A DNA stretch of 64,000 bases from NCBI GenBank assembly GCA_054600435.1, contig BAAIJX010000060.1, forward strand, positions 62,001 through 126,000, in the 5' to 3' direction. Within the stretch, counting starts at the first letter, position 1; each line of letters begins with the position of its first letter. The position numbers and the translations under genes are program-made. Below the pieces are notes generated by a model. That model was not told the DNA's origin, ran no database searches, and saw only the letters and a program-made list of their open reading frames with translations. Source of the stretch: Neophaeotheca triangularis (Eukaryota). Below are positions 37,919 to 50,033 of this stretch, piece after piece.

Positions 37919-38889
37919 ATGGATCCCTTCGCCAGCGACAGCGAATTAGCAACTCTAACCCAAACCTTCCAACAAGCCCAATACGCCTCCGTCCTCTCCG
38001 ACTACTCGCCCTCGGACTTCTCCCCCTCCAACACCCTCGCAGTCCGTATCCTCCAATACCGCGCGCAAATAGCCCTGCACAAGCACCAAGAAGTTCTCTC
38101 CTCCATAACCGCCACGGAAGCCTCTTCCACCCCCGCTCTCGCCGCCGTCAAAGCCCTCGCCGAACACTGCTCCTCCCCGACCTCCACATCCGCCGTCTCG
38201 ACAGCCGAGACTCTCGCCAACGAGCACGGCAGCGACACCACGGTGCAGATATGCGCGGGCACTGTTTTGGCCAGAGCCGGTCAGGGCGAGGAAGCTCTGA
38301 AACTGCTTTCGAAACACGAGGGCTCGTTGGAAGCTGTCATGTTGATCGTGCAGACGCACTTGGGCATGAACCGCGCCGACTTGGCGAGCAAGGAGTGCAA
38401 GAGCGCGCGAGGGTTCGCGCAGGATGCTTTGGGGGTGAACCTGGCTGAGAGCTGGGTCGGCGTTCGCGAGGTAAGTTGCTCGCAAGGGGCTCTTGTGGTG
38501 TTTGTCTGCGAGCGTTGGTGCTGATGACGACTTTCTTCTTTGTTTAGGGCGGTGAAGCGTACCAACGAGCTTTCTACGTTTTTGAGGAACTGGCGCAGAA
38601 CCCTTCGACGGCTTCGCCGGCTTCGTTGACGGCGCAAGCGGTTTCCGAACTCCACATGGGACGTTTGGAGGAGGCGGAGATGGCTCTCAATCAGGCTTTG
38701 GAGCTGAATCCGCGGGACGCGACGGCTATGGCGAATTTGATGGTCTTGGAGACAGTGGCTGGGAGGAAAGCGGAGAGCAGGGCCAAGTTGGAGGCTGTGG
38801 ATAAGGAGCACGAGATCTTGAAAGATTTGGAGAAGAAGAGGACGGCTTTCAGGAGTGCTTGTGAGAAGTACAGTCCTAAGTTTGCGTAA
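37919..38889 (+). CDS. SEC28: Coatomer (COPI) epsilon subunit, 2 exons
   Basis: MDPFASDSEL.., SLEAVMLIVQ.HL..NR.DLA.KE, and NLAESWV..RE|GGEAYQRAFYVFEELA joined by intron 38471-38547. TPR-like C-terminus ending KYSPKFA*. Confidence 0.92.
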
Positions 38890-39646
38890 AGGGGGAAAAT
38901 GGACGGCTAGGTTGGCTTGCGTTTGGGATGCTACGGCATAGCGGGTGTTCATTGGCGCGCGGAAGCTTCTACTGGGTGGTGAGCATGCTCCTAAAATTCA
39001 TGGTGTCTGCACCACGATTCTACATCATTGGGTATCTTTAAAGTACGCCTTACAGAGCCCGTCATGCCATCTCGTCTCCATAATCGTTTTCAAGCGTTTT
39101 GCAGACTTTCTTGTCAATTCGCTTAGCTTTCGAACTTCCGCGAGGGCTCGGGGCCCCTCATCTAGACGCGGGTGACTCTGTTCGCAACTTGGCGACCTTC
39201 AGCGTAAATCGCATTCCAATATTCTGGTAGTGGCGGCCACTGCCAGGCTGACAGAATCCCTCCGACAAACGTTACTGCATCAGTGTCTTCAAGAGTCGTC
39301 TTTTTCCTTGATAGCGCAAGATGTGCTTCTAGCCGCTGAGGCGAGGCACAGGGCGGATGCTCTGCGCCAGTGCGAGAAGCCCGGTGTCTTTGTGGCTGAG
39401 TGCTTCTAGGCTCAAGCTCCGAGAACCCAGTATCAATAGGTCGCTATGTCACCGAATCGACACCAGACCCCGAGCGGGCCCCAAACGCGTGTCGTACAGG
39501 ACTGCCGGCAACCAGTCGGGGATGGGGCACAAGTCGAACCCTACCGGGCTTCACGAGCGCAGACTTTCTTGAAGGAAGGAGCTGCAGAGCCCTCCACTCG
39601 AATCTCGCATAAGATGCAAGCCTCTCACAGACCGCATCCGCTCCGC

Positions 39647-40546
39647 TCAAAACCTCAACTTCGGCGCCACAAAGACCAACAAAAAGCACCCCACCCACAA
39701 AGCCGCAATCATAGCATATAGCCTCACCCTGCCCCAAAGCCCTCCTCCCCACCACCCATTCATCCCCCAGCCGCGCCTCAGCTTCCCCATTTCCCTCTCC
39801 GCGCCTTCCATGCCTGTCGCACTCTTGTCCAAACCCCTTTCCGCATTCTTCAGCACATCCTTCTCCGCGGCCAGACTCGAGGAGAACTGCTGGCTACTCT
39901 GCTTCAGACTCTGGGCAAGAGAGAGCAGCGATGAAGTGAGAGCGTCTTGCTCGTGCCGGTTGTGGGACATGAGGAGCTCCGGGTTAGATTGGGCGTCTGC
40001 TGCTGCGTTGGTGGTTTGAGCGTTTGAGCGGCCGGCGAGGAGGTTCTCGCGAGCGGTCGTCGAGGCCGCTGTGTGGTCGTCGGAGCTTTCGGGAGGTCTT
40101 CGCGCGCGGAGTTCTGAGGCTTGGGTTTCGCTTACGCGGTTGGTTTGCGGTTCGCCGCTGTCGAGGCCGCCCATGTTGGTTTCGTTGTGAGCGGGTGCGT
40201 AGGTTGGGGCCGCGAGTATGTCTTCGTCATCGTCGGAGCTGTCATCGTCGCTTAGAGGGGTTTCGGATGTGTTGGCCGACTTGCTAATGTCATCCAGACG
40301 GGCGTTTAGCTGCTTGATGGTCTGACGTTTTTGCGCGAGTTCGGCTTGTTGGGCTGTTCGTTCGCGTTCGATGCGGTTGGTCGAGGTTTGTTTTTCCAGA
40401 GTGAGGAGGAGACTGCGGGCTGTGTCGAGGTTTGAGGTGAGTTTTTGTCGTTCGTAAGGAGAGCGTCGGAGCTGTTGTTCTTGGGAGGGGTCCGAAAGGG
40501 TGTTGTCGAGGCGGGTGAGTAGGCGGTTGAGGGATATGGATTCCAT
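39647..40546 (-). CDS. USE1: ER Qc-SNARE Use1/Slt1
   Basis: 299 aa. INLNRLL.RL-like start, SNARE heptads (EQDALTSSLLSLAQSLKQSSQQFSSSL..EK.VL) and a C-terminal TM anchor ending FVAPKLRF. Confidence 0.85.
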   Translation of the reverse strand: MESISLNRLLTRLDNTLSDPSQEQQLRRSPYERQKLTSNLDTARSLLLTLEKQTSTNRIERERTAQQAELAQKRQTIKQLNARLDDISKSANTSETPLSDDDSSDDDEDILAAPTYAPAHNETNMGGLDSGEPQTNRVSETQASELRARRPPESSDDHTAASTTARENLLAGRSNAQTTNAAADAQSNPELLMSHNRHEQDALTSSLLSLAQSLKQSSQQFSSSLAAEKDVLKNAERGLDKSATGMEGAEREMGKLRRGWGMNGWWGGGLWGRVRLYAMIAALWVGCFLLVFVAPKLRF

Positions 40547-40721
40547 GTTGTGACGTTGCAGTCTAAGAATCGAATTGAAGTCCTATTTACTTGGAGCTCT
40601 TCGTGGGCACCGACAACGCGCAATCTACCAGGAATACAGGACTGTGCAACTTGAAAGGTAAAGGTTGCTTGACAGACGTGTGGTTTAGGTCGCCGGGAAG
40701 GTTTGGGCCGAGCAACTGGAG

Positions 40722-40735
40722 GCTTATCGATAAGA
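40722..40735 (-). promoter_or_regulatory. TCTTATCGATAAGC element in the USE1 promoter
   Basis: Palindrome at 40723-40734, about 177 bp upstream of ATG 40546. It is 14/14 identical to the SEC28 copy in gene-sense orientation. Confidence 0.5.
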
Positions 40736-41269
40736 AGACGCTGCATTCAGGGTAAGAGCTAGGGTAGTACTTGCCTCACTGGCACTGTCTTGTATGGTCT
40801 TCTACCTCATCTTCTTGTATATCTAATTACTACCTAAGCACATGTACGAGAAAGATCTGCTACTCTGCCTCTCAAAGTTTTCACACACAGAAGCAAGTAC
40901 ACTAACCCCCCGGTCTCGAGAACGAGGTGTAAGGGGTAAGTCTTTTTTGCACGCGTGGGACACGATTGTATGGCAATTCAAGACCATGCAAAAACGGGAA
41001 CTTGTGGTTTGTTCGAGCCTGAACTTTGAAATCTCATATACGCGGAGACCACGACAATGGCATGTGAGTATCCCACTACTGCAATGGTACAAGCAAGAGA
41101 AATCTACAGCGCTCCCTGCGAGAGGTAGAAGGAACTCTTACTCGGCGAAAGCCGCTTCCACGAGACAAGACAAAAGCAAGACACATTCAAACCTCCAGAC
41201 CACACCTCCAAGCCTCAAACTTCCTCCAGCATCCAAAACGAAGAAGAGTCCCGCGTAATCAGTCAGTCT

Positions 41270-43094
<1,825 letters not shown>

Positions 43095-43842
43095 CTATTA
43101 CCCAACACTGTAAGAATAGAATGAGGAAGTCATACATACCGCCGGATCGACGGAGTGAAATTAAGAGCGTACAGTACGAGAAGTCTCCGGGCGATGTGGA
43201 AGCAAGGCACTTTGAGTTACTTGCCTGATTGGGTCCGCCACTTTCGCCTTGCCGGCGTCTGTTGGCTGAAGATGGTCTTACTGCACGATATGGACGGCAA
43301 ATTGCCAGAGAAGAGGGGGAGGAGGGGGGGGGGCGGTTTTCTTTGAAAAGTGTTCAAATTCTAGCCTGCCTTCTTGGTGCTTTCGGTTTCAACAAGGTAT
43401 CAAGGCAACATACCTACGTGGTCAGCTTCCAGGGTGTGGCACGGTAAGGTACAAGATACTTTTGATGCCAGATGGAGCCGGTGGAGTCACCTCAGAGGGT
43501 CAGGGTCAGTCTTCAAGCCTGCATGTCGGCTGAGACCGCACAGCGGGCCGGATCTGGAGGCGTCGGTCAACTACCTTAGGTAGGTACTATGTAGTTACTA
43601 CTGTACATGTATGTCCATACCAACAGCTAACTTGGGTAATACTGCTAGTAAATAACTTAGGTAAGATAGGCATGTCTCAACAAAAAAGGTGCCTTTTTGA
43701 TTAGTATTGATGAGTGATATTGATTGAGGTGAACCTGAATCGATTGCACGAGCCAAGCGGGCACCGGGCAACGCAGATTCGTCGCCGACGCATTCTTTGT
43801 TTACAGTGAGCCCGAGCTTGGAACAACATACACCAGCCAACT

Positions 43843-43859
43843 ACCTACTACCACTACTA

Positions 43860-43890
<31 letters not shown>

Positions 43891-43912
43891 CTACCACGAC
43901 TACTAGTACTAC
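43843..43912 (+). repeat. (CTA)n-like imperfect microsatellite upstream of CDC14
   Basis: Runs of CTA/CCA units. Confidence 0.85.
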
Positions 43913-44049
43913 ACTAAGACTAGCCATCCATCCCCGTGCGCACGCACCCACCGCCCGCACCCCGGCAACAACATCAACAACAACACTTCTACCACCACTA
44001 CTACTTCTATCCTCTCTACCTCCCTTCCCACCCCGTACATGTTGCGTTA

Positions 44050-44084
44050 ACGACGACGACGACGACGACGACGACGACAACAAC
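44050..44084 (+). repeat. (ACG)n microsatellite upstream of CDC14
   Basis: About 9 ACG units followed by ACA units. Confidence 0.9.
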
Positions 44085-44321
44085 GGCAAGCTCTCCTGTT
44101 CCTGACGAGGACTATCCTTACACAACCACCACCATTCAGTTATTGGCATCCTCATTCCCCCGCCCGCATCTCCCCGCCAGGAACTACTACTCCTCGAGTC
44201 CACAATCCACTCCGGAGCTCGCGCAGTGGGTTTAGTATCTGCGCCTCGACACTCTACCGCATAGCCCCAGCATTGCTATACCCTTCTGTCATTACGCATC
44301 CCCCAAGTCGGCGAGGTCTCA

Positions 44322-46540
44322 ATGCCTCATTCAGCTCGCGCTTCCGTTTCGGAAGCTCCTGCAGTTACCAGCTATGGACAGGTGATTGAGTACATTGCCG
44401 GTACGTCCACGCAGCAGCAGAGTAAATATCAGGCCTGGAAGACCTGTTGCTACTACCTTGCCAGATAGCATACTAATCTTCCCAACCTTGCAGACCGCCT
44501 GTACCTCGCGTCCTATACTCTCCCACCCAACGAGGACACACCCTTCCCGTACCCAGCCAAGCAGCAAAGTAGATCACCATCAAAGCGCTCCTCCCGCGCA
44601 CAACAAGGTCCTCAAGCAGTCGTCGCTCCCAGCGACCCGCCTGCGCCGTACTATTTCTCCATCGACAGACAACTCCTCTACAATGCTTTCCACGCCGACT
44701 TTGGCCCGCTGCACATCGGTCACCTCTACCGCTTTGCCGTACAACTGCACGAGGTCTTGGGCCATCCGGAGAACGAAAACAGACCGGTGGTTTTCTGGAG
44801 TGGTCCGGACTCGAGAAGTGAGTGCATCGTCGCAAAACAATGGCAAGGGATCGCGTACTGACAATACACATAGGCCGCGCAAACGCAGCATGCATCCTAG
44901 CCACATACATGGTTCTCATCCAATCATGGCCGCCTCATCTAGCCCTTGCACCAATCGCGCAAATGGATCCACCGTGCATGCCTTTCCGCGACGCCGGCTA
45001 CAGTCAAGCCGACTACAGCCTGACAGTTCAGGATGTCGTTTACGGTGTGTGGAAGGCGAAAGAGGAGGGGTTGGTCGGATTGAAAGAGTTCAGCCTGGAA
45101 GAGTACGAGAAATTTGAAAGGGTAGACATGGGCGACTTCAACTGGATCACACCCAGCTTCCTCGCTTTCGCAAGCCCACAACATCAGCCAGTGGACGTGA
45201 TTCAGCCTGGCCACCCACTCTACAGCACGCTTCCGCGATCATTGTCGGCATTGAGGCGCGACCAAACACTACCAACTCCGTTCAAGAACGTGCTCAGCCA
45301 TTTCGTCGAGCGGAATATCGGTCTGGTGGTGCGCTTGAACTCTGAGCTCTACTCGCCTAGCTACTTCACGTCACTCGGCATCAAGCACCTCGACATGATC
45401 TTCGACGACGGCACCTGCCCTCCGCTAAACCTCGTCCGCAAGTTTGTTGACCTGGCTCACCGCACAATTAACGAGAAGAAGAAGGGTATCGCAGTCCACT
45501 GTAAGGCCGGACTGGGACGAACAGGCTGCTTGATCGGCGCATACCTCATCTACCGTCACGGCTTTACTGCCAATGAGATTATCGCCTTTATGCGGTTTAT
45601 GCGCCCTGGTATGGTCGTTGGTCCTCAACAACACTGGCTACATCTCAACCAAGGCACCTTCCGCGAATGGTGGTTTGAAGATACCGTCAAGGCCCAAATC
45701 ATCGCCTCCATGGCGCCCACTACCCCGACTCGCGCACAAAGATCTGCTAGCAGACGTCTAGCCAGCAACGGGCAGACATTCACCCCACCACAAGGCGACC
45801 GCAATGCCGCGAACAACGTCAGCCCCCGTCGTTCTGCGCTCGGAGAAATCACAAACAATGAGCAAGCCGCCACATCCGCCCCCTACAACAGTTCATCCGA
45901 CGACAAGAGGGACCGCGTCGCCGACGAAAACCTCCCCGCTCCAACCCCTGGCCAACCGCGCAAGACCAGCAAGCTCTACGCCGGCAGTCGACGCGTCATG
46001 ACGGAAAACCAACAACCCTTTGACGTCAAGCCCGACACCGAAGTCGTCACATCCCAACGCTCCGTCCACAACGATTCTGTAGACAACGAAGAAGACTACG
46101 CGCTCAAAATGCTAAACCGCAAAACCACGTCCCCAACAGCCAAAACCCCCTCCGCCATGAGCACCAACTCCGTCACCCGCTCCGGCAAACGCCGCGCCGT
46201 CTCCTGCACCACAACAACCACAACGACCACCAAATGGGACGTCCCAACCGACACCGGTAGCGACAGCGAAAACCAACTCCCTCTCCGCGCAGGTTCCGAA
46301 GACGTGGACGTGGCTATGCTCGACCGCGTCAGCAGCCCGACTCGTGGTCCCAAAACTCCTTCCACCATGCGGTCTGGCAGCGGTATGGGCGGCGGTCTGA
46401 GCGTGGGGAAGCGTAGTAGTCCCATGCGCAGGAGTACAGAGAGCGGCGGTAACGGCAAGACTGGCGTGCGGAAGACGAGTGGCCGTGTGGGCAGTCTGGG
46501 GAGTGGGCAGCAAGGGAAGAGCGCGCAAAAGGCGGCTTAA
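44322..46540 (+). CDS. CDC14: Cdc14 dual-specificity protein phosphatase, 3 exons
   Basis: Start MPHSARAS..YGQVIEYIA|DRLYLASY, introns 44401-44493 and 44818-44873, YNAFHADFGPLHIGHLYRF, FDDGTCP and the active site HCKAGLGRTG. Confidence 0.97.
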
Positions 46541-47931
46541 GAATACTCAAGAAGCTGGAAGCTGCTGAGGTGAGGAAGGATTGGGATTTCGTATTCTTTT
46601 GTTTTTCTCGGGATGTCGACTCGCGATGGCGTGGTTTGGGGCCCGGGTCTAGGCAAGCATGGCGCAAACGGTCTGGTCTGGAGTTTTGAGTCAAGTCACG
46701 GTCAGGGTGGCTTTGTTGCTTGTATCACCTTTTGGTTCCTTTTTGCTTTCGCGGCGGCGTTTTCCGCCGCACGGTTGGCCCAATATTACGATGAGCGAGA
46801 TGCGGGTGTCTTTTTTATTCTTGCTTACGTACATTCCGGTTACTGCCCCATGGTTGAAATCAGCATGGTTTGACCTCTTGCCTCTTTTTGCTTTTTGCAC
46901 TCGTGTTGCTCGCATTGGCATAGTGGTTTGGCGAGATTGGTGGGGGTTTCCTTTCCTTTTATCTTGTCTTGGGCTTCGGGGGGTTGAGCTTGCGTGAATG
47001 AGTATACCACACCACGCATTGCAGGCTTTGGCAGTGAATTCGCATCTCCTCGTCTTTCTCTTCGTCTCTCTGTCTGCCGCTTTCTCAGTGTCTCGGGCCC
47101 TCTCTCCGTCCGTTTCGTTCATGACGACTGTTTTCGCTCTTGTGCCTTCGACCTTCTTTCCATGCCACCAAAAAGCTCCACCACTTGCTTAGCAACGGCA
47201 AAAAAACATCAAAAGAGATACAACAGGTGGGATTCCCACGTGGTCACCCACCGTAGTACTAATCACCCGCTTCAGTGCTTGAATATGGCAGAGCAAAAGG
47301 TAGGTAGGTAGGGTAGCTGTCCCGTATCGAGGTAGTAGCGTAGTAGCGTAGTACCTAGGTAAGGTGTAGGTAGGTACGGAGGTATTTAGGTACCTAGGTG
47401 GTAGGTAGGTAGTATTCGGGGAAAGTAGCTTTAGTTAGTAAGCGTACTAAAGTAGTGGCAATATCACTACGGCCACACGGCTTCGCCGCGAGCCGTAGTA
47501 ATATTGTGGATGCCTTAGATTCACTGAGCTCTGGTCGTATCTGGAAGCAACAGCTGTGTCTGCGTATATAGACATATATTTTCAATAAGAAGGTGCGATC
47601 GAGGAGATGGCTACAGCGTGGACATGTATCAAACTAACATAGCTCAAGTAATACCGTGACTCGGACCCGAGCACTTAGAAGTACCCTTTAGCTGGCTAGC
47701 TACCAGCTCTCGAAGCAAAATTTCACGACCAACATCAAGCTTCCCACTTGGTACCTTGTCTCCTTTCCCGCACTCTTACCGCCTAGACTGCGGATCCGCA
47801 CATAGAAAACCAAAAAAAAAAAAAAGAAACCTCGAGCTTCGTAGGTAACGTACGTACGGCAGGCTGTCCAATCCGGACGCTCGACAGCGTGTCTACAAAG
47901 CACAACCCGACGTACCCTATTTCATCTCTAC

Positions 47932-48632
47932 ACCGATCCCTACCACTGTGCAACATACTTGGTTAGAACGGTTCCGGCCATTTTGGGGGTATGTCCAGGC
48001 AGGCACCCCAAGCTTGCCAGCTTCGAAAGCGGCAGTTGGGTAGGGTCGGTTTCGGGAGGTTCGCAGTGCGGTCTGTTGCGCCCAAGCAACTTACAGCGCG
48101 AGCGAGGGGAGGTGATGACTTTTCTCGTGGAAGGGTAGGGAAGAGCTAGGTGTTCAAACCCCCCTGTTAACTTCGCTGGCCCTTTTTCAAACACCGTCTG
48201 GAGCCTCTGGTTCGGGCCCTCGTTGGAAATGCTCGCAAAAGCTGGGGACTGACCTGGGACTGGATTGTCTATCTACTGGAAAGCGGCATCGACGATTTTC
48301 TCGTTCGGTCTTCCTCTGATGGACACAGCACTTTCGAGACTGGGCGAGAGTGCGAGGGTAAACCTGGTAGATTTGCTTCGCATTTCTACGCCGGCGGTTC
48401 TGTAGGTGTGTGATGGACGGTTAAGGCGGACTGCGCGATCAGAACGTGGAAGGGTGGACTTTCATCTCCCGCTCGCTCTTGGGCGGTGCTTTGAAAGCCA
48501 GGGGAGACTTTTCGTAGACCTGTTATGACAGTCTAACCGCCCAGTCCATTCTTTTGAACCAGCAAGCAAGCTGGCTAAGTCAATCATGGCCGAATCACAC
48601 TTCGCGTCCCCTGCGAACCCAAGCCCTTCCAC
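47932..48632 (+). ncRNA. Candidate large structured non-coding RNA, identity unknown
   Basis: No credible ORF. Many nested helices found by eye: 47932-47948/48033-48050, 48058-48066/48611-48619, 48100-48115/48462-48478, 48328-48336/48345-48353 and 48480-48487/48536-48543. Non-Watson-Crick positions are mostly G-U on the + strand. Confidence 0.55.
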
Positions 48633-50033
48633 TAATCTCTGGCGAGCAAGCCCTGCATTGGGGATCGACCATATAGCCATCACCGCCAGACAAGCATCTG
48701 CGCTCCCACGATCTGTTAGCCCTTTATCCATTTCTACCCAACCAACTCGGATCGCTTCGACTCGAAGTCCAGGGCCCGCAATCACTAACATGCCAATGTA
48801 GCTATACACAAACAACCTCCAAGGCTACACTTAAGCCAGCGCCGAAGAAAAAAAAAGGCGCAGTCAATAAGCGGCCAAACCATTCCACAAGCCATCAGAG
48901 CCACGCCGACGAGCAAAACCACGCATCCAACCAAACACCAACCTCTCTCCTCTCCCCTCACGTCAAACTGTCCCCCATCGACATCCACGTCCACGGCACG
49001 CCCACCCCGTCTACACCCACTCCCCGCATTCTCCCTCCCACTCCCACCGCCCAAACCTCCAAACCTCCAAACCCCTCAACGACAAATACAATAGTGCACC
49101 TCTCACCAAACCCTCCCACTCTGCTCGTCGGAGAAACGGTAAACGAGACCGCTCCAGAAACCCCGCCACCCTTCCTCGAGCAGACTGAGCCCGCGCACCT
49201 CAGAGAAATTGCAAAACTTGCTACTGAGACTGGGTATCTGTAGCTTAAGCGGTGCCGGCCATAGCTTTTGACAGCTTGGCGTTGACGTTGGTGTCGTCGT
49301 CGTCATCGTCGTCGTCGTTCTACTCGCAGTTGGCCAGTCCATGAATCTAGGGGGTCACGTGCCGGTCCCTCTGAAAGCGGCAGGCAGTGAACGAGCGAGC
49401 GAGTGAGGGGATGAGGCTGCGGAGGCTAGGAAGGCTGGGAAGGTGCTGTATAGGGCGCAAGGGGGAGGGGGGTGTAGTGCTAGCTATGCCCCCTTCGTGC
49501 CCTGCGGTGTTCCGTTCCGCTGCCGCCGTGGCGATGGAGCTCAAAAAGGGCGTCGGTTGTCTGCGTTGGGGGGAGCTGGGTGCGGTAGGGCTGAGGGAAG
49601 CATGCGCAGGTACCTGAATGAGATTGGTAGAATTGTCCGAAACGGGTTTCGAGTCCAAGTCTCTCTCTCGGAAGCCAGGCTTAGCGAGGGAGGGAGGGAG
49701 GGAGGGAGGAGGGGAGGCTGGCACATCGCTCCGAAACACCCGGGGTGGGGTGGGGTGAAGTTTAGTTGAGTCGAACTTGAAATACCTTACACCAAAAGCT
49801 GCCCGATGAAAATAATCTCTGGGCGCAGCAAAAATCCCGTACCCCGAAACAGATCATTGATACCATCAGGTTGGACCAACAGACGCCTGACTAAGCGCCA
49901 CGCTACGCAAGCAAAAACCCCATCCATCCGTGGATCCATCCATTCTCGTCCATTGACAGGAGAAACCCGCACGGCCATTTCCACTACCTACCTCCTCCCC
50001 CCGCGCCCAAAAAAACTACTAACCAATACGACA

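Noticed and set aside
48150..48190. tRNA or SINE suggested by the B-box-like GTTCAAACC
   Set aside because: No cloverleaf and no properly spaced A-box.
48495..48890. RNase MRP (GAAAAGTCTCC on the minus strand) or snR30/U17 (AAACCAT near 48877) identity for the structured element
   Set aside because: The partner motifs are missing (no MRP CR-V complement, no m1 ATATTCCTA), and the G-U polarity favours the + strand.
49103..49769. Small ORFs between the structured element and the Nox 3' end
   Set aside because: Low-complexity, microsatellite-derived translations without motifs. A small orphan gene cannot be excluded.
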